DNA from: Phyllobates terribilis
Lineage: Eukaryota
NCBI RefSeq assembly: GCF_046119375.1
Contig: NW_027362772.1
Span: 310,558,001 to 310,622,000, forward strand
Direction: 5' to 3'
Length of the DNA stretch: 64,000 nucleotides
Below are positions 1 to 12,164 of the stretch, piece after piece (within the stretch, counting starts at the first letter, position 1; every line of letters starts with the position of its first letter). The notes beneath the pieces are model-generated. The model made no database searches. It was not told the DNA's origin and worked only from the letters and a program-made list of their open reading frames with translations. A program made the translations under genes and the position numbers.

Positions 1-3000
1 GAGCCAGGATGTGCCAAGAAAACCATCCTGCACCCCTACTCCACCTCCGCCAGCCTGACATAGGGGTCAACCATCTACACGTATCAGAGGAGCCAGGATG
101 TGCCAAGAAAACCTTCCCCACACATTACTCCATCAGCCAGACAGGAAGGGCTCACCCATCTACAATTATCAGAGGAGCCAGGGTGTGCCAAGAAAACCAT
201 CCTGCACCCCCACTCCACCTCCGCCAGCCTGACATAGGGGTCACCCATCTACAAGTATCAGAGGAGTCAGGGTGTGCCAAGAAAACCTTCCCCACACATT
301 ACTCCATCTCCATCAGCCAGACAGGAAGGGCTCACCCATCTACAATTATCAGAGGAGCCAGGGTGTGCCAAGAAAACCATCCTGCACCCCCACTCCACCT
401 CCGCCAGCCTGACATAGGGGTCACCCATCTACAATTATCAGAGGAGCCAGGGTGTGCCAAGAAAACCATCCTGCACCCCCACTCCACCTCCGCCAGCCTG
501 ACATAGGGGTCACCCATCTACAATTATCAGAGGAGCCAGGGTGTGCCAAGAAAACCATCCTGCACCCCCACTCCACCTCCGCCAGCCTGACATAGGGGTC
601 ACCCATCTACAAGTATCAGAGGAGTCAGGGTGTGCCAAGAAAACCATCCTGCACCCCTACTCCACCTCCGCCAGCCTGACATAGGGGTCACCCATCTACA
701 AGTATCAGAGGAGCCAGGGTGTGCCAAGAAAACCATCCTGCACCCCCTACTCCACCTCTGCCAGCCTGACATAGGGGTCACCCATCTACAAGTATCAGAG
801 GAGCCAGGGTGTGCCAAGAAAACCATCCTGCACCCCTACTCCACCTCTGCCAGCCTGACATAGGGGTCACCCATCTACAAGTATCAGAGGAGCCAGGGTG
901 TGCCAAGAAAACCATCCTGCACCCCTACTCCACCTCTGCCAGCCTGACATAGGGGTCACCCATCTACAAGTATCAGAGGAGTCAGGGTGTGCCAAGAAAA
1001 CCTTCCCCACACATTACTCCATCTCCATCAGCCAGACAGGAAGGGGTCACCCATCTAAAATTATCAGAGGAGCCAGGGTGTGCCAAGAAAACCTTCCTCA
1101 CACATTACTCCATCAGCCAGACAGGAGGGGGTCACCCATCTACACGTATCAGAGGAGCCAGGATGTGCCAAGAAAATCACCCTGCACCCCTACTCCACCT
1201 CCGCCAGCCTGACATAGGGGTCACCCATCTACAAGTATCAGAGGAGTCAGGGTGTGCCAAGAAAACCTTCCCCACACATTACTCCATCAGCCAGACAGGA
1301 GGGGGTCACCCATCTACACGTATCAGAGGAGCCAGGATGTGCCAAGAAAACCATCCTGCACCCCTACTCCACCTCCGCCAGCCTGACATAGGGGTCACGC
1401 ATCTACACGTATCAGAGGAGCCAGGATGTGCCAAGAAAACCTTCCCCACACATTACTCCATCAGCCAGACAGGAAGGGCTCACCCATCTACAATTATCAG
1501 AGGAGCCAGGGTGTGCCAAGAAAACCATCCTGCACCCCCACTCCACCTCCGCCAGCCTGACATAGGGGTCACCCATCTACAATTATCAGAGGAGCCAGGG
1601 TGTGCCAAGAAAACCATCCTGCACCCCCACTCCACCTCCGCCAGCCTGACATAGGGGTCACCCATCTACAAGTATCAGAGGAGTCAGGGTGTGCCAAGAA
1701 AACCATCCTGCACCCCTACTCCACCTCCGCCAGCCTGACATAGGGGTCATCCATCTACAAGTATCAGAGGAGCCAGGGTGTGCCAAGAAAACCATCCTGC
1801 ACCCCTACTGCACCTCTGCCAGCCTGACATAGGGGTCACCCATCTACAAGTATCACAGGAGCCAGGGTGTGCCAAGAAAACCATCCTGCACCCCCTACTC
1901 CACCTCTGCCAGCCTGACATAGGGGTCACCCATCTACAAGTATCAGAGGAGCCAGGGTGTGCCAAGAAAACCATCCTGCACCCCTACTCCACCTCCGCCA
2001 GCCTGACATAGGGGTCACCCATCTACAAGTATCAGAGGAGCCAGGGTGTGCCAAGAAAACCATCCTGCACCCCCTACTCCACCTCTGCCAGCCTGACATA
2101 GGGGTCACCCATCTACAAGTATCAGAGGAGCCAGGGTGTGCCAAGAAAACCTTCCCCACACATTACTCCATCTCCATCAGCCAGACAGGAAGGGGTCACC
2201 CATCTACAATTATCAGAGGAGCCAGGGTGTGCCAAGAAAACCTTCCCCACACATTACTCCATCAGCCAGACAGGAGGGGGTCACCCATCTACACGTATCA
2301 GAGGAGCCAGGATGTGCCAAGAAAACCATCCTGCACCCCTACTCCACCTCCGCCAGCCTGACATAGGGGTCACCCATCTACACGTATCAGAGGAGCCAGG
2401 ATGTGCCAAGAAAACCTTCCCCACACATTACTCCATCAGCCAGACAGGAAGGGCTCACCCATCTACAATTATCAGAGGAGCCAGGGTGTGCCAAGAAAAC
2501 CATCCTGCACCCCCACTCCACCTCCGCCAGCCTGACATAGGGGTCACCCATCTACAAGTATCAGAGGAGTCAGGGTGTGCCAAGAAAACCTTCCCCACAC
2601 ATTACTCCATCTCCATCAGCCAGACAGGAAGGGCTCACCCATCTACAATTATCAGAGGAGCCAGGGTGTGCCAAGAAAACCATCCTGCACCCCCACTCCA
2701 CCTCCGCCAGCCTGACATAGGGGTCACCCATCTACAATTATCAGAGGAGCCAGGGTGTGCCAAGAAAACCATCCTGCACCCCCACTCCACCTCCGCCAGC
2801 CTGACATAGGGGTCACCCATCTACAATTATCAGAGGAGCCAGGGTGTGCCAAGAAAACCATCCTGCACCCCCACTCCACCTCCGCCAGCCTGACATAGGG
2901 GTCACCCATCTACAAGTATCAGAGGAGTCAGGGTGTGCCAAGAAAACCATCCTGCACCCCTACTCCACCTCCGCCAGCCTGACATAGGGGTCATCCATCT

Positions 3001-5030
3001 ACAAGTATCAGAGGAGCCAGGGTGTGCCAAGAAAACCATCCTGCACCCCTACTGCACCTCTGCCAGCCTGACATAGGGGTCACCCATCTACAAGTATCAG
3101 AGGAGCCAGGGTGTGCCAAGAAAACCATCCTGCACCCCCTACTCCACCTCTGCCAGCCTGACATAGGGGTCACCCATCTACAAGTATCAGAGGAGCCAGG
3201 GTGTGCCAAGAAAACCATCCTGCACCCCTACTCCACCTCCGCCAGCCTGACATAGGGGTCACCCATCTACAAGTATCAGAGGAGCCAGGGTGTGCCAAGA
3301 AAACCATCCTGCACCCCTACTCCACCTCCGCCAGCCTGACATAGGGGTCACCCATCTACAAGTATCAGAGGAGCCAGGGTGTGCCAAGAAAACCTTCCCC
3401 ACACATTACTCCATCTCCATCAGCCAGACAGGAAGGGGTCACCCATCTACAATTATCAGAGGAGCCAGGGTGTGCCAAGAAAACCTTCCCCACACATTAC
3501 TCCATCAGCCAGACAGGAGGGGGTCACCCATCTACACGTATCAGAGGAGCCAGGATGTGCCAAGAAAACCATCCTGCACCCCTACTCCACCTCCGCCAGC
3601 CTGACATAGGGGTCACCCATCTACAATTATCAGAGGAGCCAGGGTGTGCCAAGAAAACCATCCTGCACCCCCACTCCACCTCCGCCAGCCTGACATAGGG
3701 GTCACCCATCTACAAGTATCAGAGGAGTCAGGGTGTGCCAAGAAAACCATCCTGCACCCCTACTCCACCTCCGCCAGCCTGACATAGGGGTCACCCATCT
3801 ACAAGTATCAGAGGAGTCAGGGTGTGCCAAGAAAACCTTCCCCACACATTACTCCATCTCCATCAGCCAGACAGGAAGGGGTCACCCATCTACAATTATC
3901 AGAGGAGCCAGGGTGTGCCAAGAAAACCTTCCCCACACATTACTCCATCAGCCAGACAGGAGGGGGTCACCCATCTACACGTATCAGAGGAGCCAGGATG
4001 TGCCAAGAAAACCATCCTGCACCCCTACTCCACCTCCGCCAGCCTGACATAGGGGTCACCCATCTACATGTATCAGAGGAGCCAGGATGTGCCAAGAAAA
4101 CCTTCCCCACACATTACTCCATCAGCCAGACAGGAAGGGCTCACCCATCTACAATTATCAGAGGAGCCAGGGTGTGCCAAGAAAACCATCCTGCACCCCC
4201 ACTCCACCTCCGCCAGCCTGACATAGGGGTCACCCATCTACAAGTATCAGAGGAGTCAGGGTGTGCCAAGAAAACCATCCTGCACCCCTACTCCACCTCT
4301 GCCAGCCTGACATAGGGGTCACCCATCTACAAGTATCAGAGGAGCCAGGGTGTGCCAAGAAAACCATCCTGCACCCCTACTTCACCTCCACCAGCCTGAC
4401 ATAGGGGTCATCCATCTACAAGTATCAGAGGAGCCAGGGTGTGCCAAGAAAACCATCCTGCACCCCTACTCCACCTCTGCCAGCCTGACATAGGGGTCAC
4501 CCATCTACAAGTATCAGAGGAGCCAGGGTGTGCCAAGAAAACCATCCTGCACCCCCTACTCCACCTCCGCCAGCCTGACATAGGGGTCATCTATCTACAA
4601 GTATCAGAGGAGCCATGGTGTGCCAAGAAAACCATCCTGCACCCCCTACTCCACCTCCGCCAGCCTGACATAGGGGTCATCTATCTACAAGTATCAGAGG
4701 AGCCATGGTGTGCCAATAAAACCATCCTGCACCCCTACTCCACCTCCGCCAGCCTGACATAGGGGTCACCCATCTACAAGTATCAGAGGAGCCAGGGTGT
4801 GCCAAGAAAACCATCCTGCACCCCTACTCCACCTCTGCCAGCCTGACATAGGGGTCACCCATCTACAAGTATCAGAGGAGCCAGGGTGTGCCAAGAAAAC
4901 CATCCTGCACCCCCTACTCCACCTCCGCCAGCCTGACATAGGGGTCACCCATCTACAAGTATCAGAGGAGCCAGGGTGTGCCAATAAAACCTTCTCCCAG
5001 TATTACTGCACCTACACCAGCCTGACAGGA
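1..5030. repeat. Tandem satellite of ~89-bp units (type A) interspersed with 85/91-bp variant units (type B); runs off the left edge of the window
   Basis: Type A: cagaggagccagggtgtgccaagaaaaccatcctgcacccctactccacctccgccagcctgacataggggtcacccatctacaagtat. Type B has an aaccttccccacacattactccat(ctccat)cagccagacagg middle. Identical ORFs recur at offsets of 89, 1148 and 1155 bp. Confidence 0.97.
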
Positions 5031-5039
5031 AGGATTCAT

Positions 5040-5245
5040 CCGTTCATGCCGATTGCACCAAATTTTGACCCCTTTCATCAAGGAGTTGTTTCCATCCACA
5101 GGATCCTCGCTTGCTGAATGTCTTTTCCTTGATCAAAACATTCCTGTTATACTTTCCACACCACCACGTTAGAAAACCTCGTGAAGGTTGTCATTTTCGT
5201 AACTCTAGCTCCGGCTTGTCTACCATAGATGACTAAGGCTTCCAG
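5040..5245 (-). mobile_element. Degenerate Tc1/mariner transposase N-terminal fragment
   Basis: Minus strand reads VIYGRQAGARVTKMTTFTRFSNVVVWKV*QECFDQGK, then after a frameshift TFSKRGSCGWKQLLDERGQ. This resembles the helix-turn-helix and GRPR-like linker region of vertebrate Tc1 transposases; it has a stop and a frameshift. Confidence 0.5.
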
Positions 5246-5609
5246 AATGCACTTTAATTTCTCTATTTTCCCATTCGAACGTGGTCTCACGTGAAAATTA
5301 GTCCACAGAAAACTAACTAACTAGTAAACTTTATGCCGAGTTCTGCACGGACTGTTTAGCTGCCATAGTAATCAATGGTGGCAGCTGTACCCGCAACAAC
5401 ACAGCTGTGTGTATGAAGTTTCCAGTCCATTGTCAGAGAATTAACTCTAAAGTTATCAGAATGAAACTGACTGGTCAAGAAAAGAAGCCGATTACTTGAT
5501 GGTAACTGTACAATTATTGACAATTACCAGACACTAGCAAAAGGTTTGGGGGTGATAGCTCCAGGCTGGATGGTGTCAAGTCAGGGTCAAATAATCTTTT
5601 TAACAAGAC

Positions 5610-7700
5610 TTCCATTGAAGGAGAACTCACCACCTCTCATGGCCGCCTGTTCCACTCATTGATCTTCTGTCAAAAAGTTTTTTCTAATATCTAATCTGTA
5701 TCTTCTCCCTTTCAGTTAAATTCCATTGCTTCTCTTGTTTCCATGTGCAAATGAGAATAAGATCACGATCCCTCTTCATTGTGACAGCCCTTCAGATATT
5801 TGTAGACAGCTATTTAGTCTCCTCTTAGCATTATTTTTTTGCAAGCTAAACATTCCCAGATCCTTTAACCGTTCCTCGTAGGACATACTTTCCAGTCTGC
5901 TCACCATCTTGGTAGCTCTTCTCTGAACTTGCTCCAGTTTTTTTACGTCTTTTTTAAGATGTGGTGCCCAGAACTGGACACAGTATCCAGATAAGGTCTG
6001 ACCAAGGAGGAATAGAGGGGGATAATGACTTCACGTGATCTAGACTCTATGCTTCTCTTAATACATCCCAGAACTGTTTGCCTTTTTGCTGCTGCATCAC
6101 ACTGTTGACTCATGTGCAGTCTGTGATCTATTAGTATACCCGAGTCTTTTTCACACCTGCTGTTGCTTATTTCCATTCCTCCCATTCTGTAGAAGTCATT
6201 TTAGTTTTTCTTACCCAGATATAGAATCTCACATTTCTCTGTTAAATACCATTTTATTAGTCGCTTCCCATTGTTCAAACCTATCTAGATCCTTTAGATG
6301 AGTTCAGAGAACAGCGACCAGAATGGTGACCAGTCTGCAAACAATGTCCTACGAGGAACGGTTAAAGAATATGGGAATGTATATCTTGCAAAAGAGAAGT
6401 CTGAGAGGGGAGTTAATAGCTGCCTACAAATATCTGAAGGGCTGTCACAATGAAGAGGGATCATCCTTATTCTCTTTGCACATGGAAACACGAGAAGCAA
6501 TGGGATGAAACTGAAAGGGAGAAGATACAGATTAGATATTAGTAAAAACTTTCTGACAGTGAGGTGATCAATGAGGGGAACAGGCGGCCACGAGAGGTGG
6601 TGAGTTCCCCTTCAATGGACGTCTTCAAACAGAGGCTGGACAGACATCTGCCTGAGATGGTTTAGTGAATCCTGCATTGAGCCGGGGGTTGGACATGGTG
6701 ACCCCAGAGGTCCCTTTCAACTCTAACACTCTAGGATTTCTGAATCCTTTCTTTCTTCTCTAGTATTAGCTATCCTTCGTAGCTTTGTATCGTCTGCAAA
6801 TTTGATTACGGAACTAAAAAGGTAAAACTAATCTAGATCATTTATAAAAATGTTGAACAACACTGGGGCCAGGACAGAGCATTGTGGTACTGCACTTGAA
6901 ACTCTTCCAATTAGATGTGCAACCATTTATTACCACTCTTTGAGTATGATCACTGAGCCAGTTATGAATCCACCAAACCGTAGCCTTGTCAATCCCATAG
7001 GTGGTCATTTTTTTCCATTAGGATAGTATGAGATACTTTATCAAATGCTTTGCTGAAGTTGAGATATACTATATATACGGCATTTCCCTGATCCACCCAG
7101 TCAGTGATTCCATCATAGAAGCAAATTAGATTGGTCTGGCATGACTTGTTTGTTACAAACCCATGCTGGCTCCGGGTAATTATTGTATTCTTATCAAGTA
7201 CTTACATACATGCTGTTTAATAATTTGTTCAAAGATCTTTCCTGGTATAGAAGTAAGGCTCATTGGCCTGTAATTTCCTGGCTCCATCTTCTTTCCTTTT
7301 TTGAAGATAGGGACAAAGGTTGCTCTTCTGGGACTTCTCCTGTTCTCCAGGAATTTTCAAATGATTCTGGCCAGTTGTTCTGCAATTTCCTCTGTATTTC
7401 TTTAAGTGCCCTTGGTTGTAATTCATCTGGACCAGGAGATTTAAATTCATTTAAATTAGCTAAGTGTTCCCTCACCATCTCGATTTAAAGATAGTGTGGA
7501 TTATTTTATTCCTTCGATAGCACAGTGAAGATCAGTTGATGTTGCATTTGCTTTCTTAGAGAACACAGATGCAAAATAGGAATTGAAAAGTTTGACCTTC
7601 TCAGCATTGTTTTTGATCACTTCATCCTGTAAAAAATCATTCTATAACATCTTTGCTTTTTCTTTCGTTTTTTTTTTTTACATACCCCCAAAATGCTTTT
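5610..7700 (-). mobile_element. CR1 LINE ORF2 3' portion (degenerate), interrupted by a second CR1 fragment
   Basis: Minus-strand ORFs give EKDSGILIDHRLHMSQQCDAAAKR...[10 protein letters not shown] (5943-6185) and VREHLANLNEFKSPGPDELQPRALKE (7260-7478), typical of CR1 RT and C-terminal regions; many stops and frameshifts. Confidence 0.85.
6295..6740 (+). mobile_element. 5'-truncated CR1 3'-end fragment inserted in opposite orientation into the older CR1
   Basis: ORF 6323-6508 (YEERLKNMGMYILQKRSLRGELIAAYKYLKG) is followed by a CR1-type 3' end (gaggtccctttcaactctaacactctaggatt). The minus-strand CR1 resumes right after (tctttcttctctagtattagctatcc). Confidence 0.8.
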
Positions 7701-7858
7701 GGTCTCCATTGCAAGCCTCGCTTCATTACTGGGTTTTAGCTCTTCTATCGCTTTCCCTGCAGACAGCATTATATTCTTCTTTAGATATGCCCCCTCGCTT
7801 CATTTGATATACAATTATTTTTTTCCATTTTGAGGTTTCAGGTTTGAGCGACCCAAGG

Positions 7859-8794
7859 ATGAAGAGGAACCAAACAATTGGCATTGAATTCTTCCTCCTT
7901 GGTTTCGGGGGTCTCCATGGTCTTCAGATCCCTCTGTTCTTGCTGTGTTTGCTGGTTTACATTCTGTGCTTGATTGGGAACCTCATCATTTTAGCTCTGG
8001 TGACCTCCAGTCACCTCCTAGACTCCCCCATGTACTTCTTCCTCTGCCACCTGTCTCTGTGTGACATGCTCCTCACCACTGACATTGTGCCAAGTCTTCT
8101 CCACATCATCTTGAGAAATGGCAGAGCCGTATCATTCCCTGAATGTGTCACGCAGTACCAGTTCTTTGGGGCTTCCACCGGCACTGAATGTCTTCTTTTG
8201 ACGGCCATGTCTTATGATCGATACTTGGCGATCTGTCGCCCTCTGTCTTATATACCAACCATGGGCACAAAGCTGAGGCACCTCCTGGCGTTTGGCTCCT
8301 GGGGTTTGAGCTTCGGCATCACGTTGATCATTGCAGTTATGATGTCTACGCTCAACTTTTGTGGCGAGAACGTCATTGACCATTTCTTCTGTGACTTTGT
8401 GCCCATCCTTCAGCTTTCCTGTTCTGATACTCGATTGTTACAAACCATTGACCTCTTCCTGACGGCTCCGGTGACCCTGTTGCCCTTTATGACCATCATT
8501 GTCAGCTATGTCTGTATAGCGGTTGCCATCATGAAGATCCCGACAATGACGGGACGGCAGAAGGCGTTCTCTACTTGCAGCTCTCATTTCACCGTTGTCT
8601 CTATATACTACGTGCCGCTTATTGCTATATATATGGTGCCGACCTCTGGACGCTCGATGATTGCCTTGAAGGCTCTCTCCTTAATATACACAGTCGTTAC
8701 CCCTTTCCTTAACCCCTTAATATACACGTTACGAAACCAAGAGATCAAAGCAACGCTCGTGAAAATGCTGTGTTTCAAATGGAAGAATCTGTAA
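7859..8794 (+). CDS. Olfactory receptor (class II / tetrapod-type), single coding exon, 311 aa
   Basis: Intact ORF from ATG 7859 (MKRNQT, an N-glycosylation sequon) with OR motifs GN in TM1, LDSPMYFFLCHLSLCD, MSYDRYLAICRPLSY, HFFCD, KAFSTCSSH and PFLNPLIYTLRN. A splice acceptor (tttcag) lies at 7836-7841, just upstream of the ATG. Confidence 0.97.
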   Translation: MKRNQTIGIEFFLLGFGGLHGLQIPLFLLCLLVYILCLIGNLIILALVTSSHLLDSPMYFFLCHLSLCDMLLTTDIVPSLLHIILRNGRAVSFPECVTQYQFFGASTGTECLLLTAMSYDRYLAICRPLSYIPTMGTKLRHLLAFGSWGLSFGITLIIAVMMSTLNFCGENVIDHFFCDFVPILQLSCSDTRLLQTIDLFLTAPVTLLPFMTIIVSYVCIAVAIMKIPTMTGRQKAFSTCSSHFTVVSIYYVPLIAIYMVPTSGRSMIALKALSLIYTVVTPFLNPLIYTLRNQEIKATLVKMLCFKWKNL

Positions 8795-9177
8795 ACTTAG
8801 GTTTATAAAAAAATTTAATTTTCAAAGAGGCAGAGTCCAGTCTCGAGTATCTTAAGTGTGAGAATCACATAGTGAAACGTTCCGAAACTTTACAGTAGAC
8901 TTTGTGTTTCAATTCCACAAAAGGTGGGAGACTGAAAACATAAGGGCTCGTATGTCTGAAAATAAGCAACCATGTCTTACCAGAGACATCTTCTTTCTCC
9001 ACTTATGAGCCACTTCTCTTTCACCTACCTCCGAATTCATAATTTATTTTGAAAAACTAATAAAATTCACCTTGGTCAAAAACAAGACACTGTCAGCTCA
9101 GTGTGAGAGCGGCCTATTGATGCTTATAGAGAGGGCAGGGGAAGAGGCAAAGACTCACAGGCACCTAGATGGCACTT

Positions 9178-9345
9178 TCTAGTAAGTGTGTAGCTCACAC
9201 TAGTGCTGCATTCACAGCTACACTGCTCAGTACTGCTGTATAGTCATCCATGCTGCTGTTTTCTAGTAAGCGTTCTCTCACTCCAGAGCTGAATTCACAG
9301 CTACACTGCTCAGTACTGCTGTATGAAGTCCTCCATGCTGTTGCT
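9178..9345. repeat. Two-copy direct repeat (~85 bp)
   Basis: tctagtaag...attcacagctacactgctcagtactgctgtat...ccatgctg occurs twice in tandem. Confidence 0.6.
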
Positions 9346-9422
9346 GATTCTGAACATGTGCAACACAGGCAGAGCAGGAATCCCTCATGTCTGTGCGAAA
9401 TGTGTAGGAGAGACATCATTGC

Positions 9423-9735
9423 TAGTGATGAGCGAGCATGCTCGTTACTCGAGATTTACGGAACACGCTCGGGTGTTTTCCGAGTATCTTCGGCATGCTC
9501 GAATGTTATGTTTGAGTCACTGTGTGTGCAATGATTTGCGACTGTTTGACAGATTTAATACATGTGAGGAATGCCTGTTTGTCAGGCATTCCTCACATGT
9601 ATTAAAGCTGTCAAACAGTCGCAAATCATGCACACACAGTGACTCAAACATAACATTCGAGCATGCCGAAGATACTCGGCAAGCACCGGAGCATGCTCGC
9701 CGAAAGGGTTAACAGAACACGCTCGCTCATCACTA
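9423..9735. mobile_element. hAT-type MITE (palindromic)
   Basis: Perfect 15-bp TIRs tagtgatgagcgagc / gctcgctcatcacta. An 8-bp TSD atcattgc lies at 9415-9422 and 9736-9743. An internal ~100-bp stem closes a 5-nt loop (gaggaatgcctg-tttgt-caggcattcctc). Confidence 0.9.
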
Positions 9736-11451
9736 ATCATTGCAGCTAGTCTGCACCCACTAATGCAGTGACAACTGAAAATTGGAGCTTGAGCCTGCAG
9801 AGGGAAAAACTGGTGAAAAATGGTGGAATAAAGTCATATAATTAAGAAGTGCTACTCCTCATACACGCACGCGCCAGCCTACACTGTACAGTCACCTGAA
9901 ACATTTACGCTTCAAGGCCAGGTATAGATATAGCTGCACCTCAGCGGCGCCTGCAGTCATCAGGTAATTACACTCAGCTGTGCTCTTATAGAACGTTCTC
10001 CTGTATACATAAGAGAAGTCAATAGCGCAGACACTTCTGTATCTATCAGCCTGATAATCCATATATCTGATGTCCAAACAACAGGCAGGAAATGGAATTC
10101 ACTGTGAACCTAGTGACGCCTAGTGGTGACTGGTGGCATCACATCTGCTTGTCTTCAGCGGGAAATTACTGTCTATCTTGGGGTTTAATACAAAAATGGT
10201 GAAATAATAAATCTCATACAGAGATGTAACCTTGTAGCATTTCAGTTCCGTCCTATAATCTACATTACTGTATTGTTCATGCAGTCAGTTTGAAGCCCCT
10301 GGGGGGTTTCAGTAGAGGATAATCGCGTTGTTATCTCACTGTTAGGACCGATCACCAGATCGTTGGCGCGTCTGGGTGCGGGGTTAAGGGGTTTTCTGGT
10401 TTTAGTGATCTGCTGAGGGCGAATCCCTAAGGTTGTGGTCGCCCATATAGTGGAGGAACCAAGAGGCAGAAGTGAAGGTGTAGCCATACAGAAAACTCAA
10501 TGAGCCCACGATACAGAGGCCGGCCAGCCGTGGAACAACAAGTACCAGAGCGAAAGGAAACGGCTAGTGAGACAGCTCTGGATCAAAAGCCATTAGTGTT
10601 GTGAACTACATAAAATGATAGTGACTGTCCAGGCCGCTACACCGCATTGTGATAAAAATAAAACTGTCCACATTTCTCCGTGTTTTTGTGGACCCCGCCG
10701 ACCCAGTCTGCTTTTCTACGTCCGATGTCTTCCTATATAAAAGATAATTGTACCTTAGAAGCTGCCGAACACAACAAGGTACAGCCAAGAGCGAGGATAT
10801 ACATCCTGCAGACACAGGGTTAATGGCCGAGCTGTTTGGCATCAGAAGACAGATGGACAATGGCAGTGACAGAAGCAATCAGCAAACAAATGGTTAACAG
10901 CAGGACAACAGTGATGAACAGGCAATGTGGATACTTGATGGGAGGAAAGTTCATAGACGGTCACAGCCAGCGCTGCAGTGTGAACAGCACCAGACTTTAT
11001 AATTCTTCCAAAAAACAAATGGTTATCAGCAGCAGAGAAACAGCCGGCGATGGTGAGGCAACCGTCAGACACGGAGGTGGTGAGCGACGCAGGGCGCGCC
11101 AAGCACTCGGGAGGGCGCGCCGCTGTCATAGCCAGCATTAAACCACTGCGGCGGTGCTGGTTCCATGCTCTGAAGAACCATTCACAGTCTCTGATGTTAC
11201 AGAATTACAACATATCTGTAAATATCGGATGTTACACAGCGGCTCCGTACGGCGTCTGATTTCGGGTTATTCCATTTCAGGTGATCCAAATCTGAGTATT
11301 TTTGTTACCTGATATCTTAGGATATTTATTTTCTTTGGTGATTCTTTAAAGCGCTACTTTAGTTATTTAAAAATAATAAGTTTTGAATTTTTAGCTTCAT
11401 TAATTTTTTTTATAGATTTCTAAAATTTTGAAAAAAAAAAAACAACAGAAT

Positions 11452-11736
11452 TGTAGTATAGTTTTTCTGATTCGCTATGTCTCTTTCCTCATGTGCAGGC
11501 ATCGCAGGACCTTAGGTATCCATGGTTACGGCCACTGATAAACTAATAGTTATCTAGCTGCTAGTGGTCGTAACCATGGATACCTAAGGTCCTGCAATGC
11601 CTGCACATGAAAAAGAGACATAGCGAATCAGAAAAACTACACTACATTTATAATTGGAGGTATTTGCTAATATTGTTATTATTTTTCACCTACTACATAT
11701 TGGGATAGGATCTTGGAGATGGGAATTCCCCTTTAA
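11452..11736. mobile_element. Partial palindromic MITE with a TTAA-type (T2/Kolobok-like) right end
   Basis: Inverted arms at ~11452-11537 and ~11563-11646 (tagtttttctgattcgctatgtctc...gagacatagcgaatcagaaaaacta). The right end reads gggaattcccctttaa; no matching left end was seen. Confidence 0.6.
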
Positions 11737-12164
11737 GAACAAAATCTCAAAGAATTAAAAATATAGAGGAAAAATTCATTGATTCACTTGGCATGGAACG
11801 ACCTCTTCTGTCCGGCACCCAGAGAATGGGCGAGTCTCACCCGACATACGGAGGAACCCAGTGCCGGCCGCCATGATCTCCACACAGATTCAGGGGTCCG
11901 GCCCCACTGACTGACATCGGACAGCGCTCCAGATATTTTTTCCCCAGGAATAACAAAGGAGCCGTCACCGGCCAGAACTTAGAGACCCCACAGGACCGAA
12001 CTCACAGAGGAAACCGAGACCACCGAGTCAGAGACCACCGGATGTGAGACAGACCTCCCCAGCGAGACCGTCAGGTATGAGAGCGACCGGCTATCCTGAG
12101 TGAGACCAACCACCAGGTACGAGAGCGAGTGCCAGGTCCAGGCATCCCTGTGCACCTGTGGCCC

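Noticed and set aside
7844-7858. TTG start of the OR as given in the ORF track (316 aa)
   Set aside because: An in-frame ATG at 7859 gives a typical OR N-terminus (MKRNQT), and the upstream bases follow a splice acceptor as 5' UTR.
10260-11260. Several 70-100 aa ORFs in CpG-containing unique sequence between the OR and SC5D
   Set aside because: No recognisable motif, no similarity I could see to TECTA, and no consistent splice signals; probably decayed transposon sequence.
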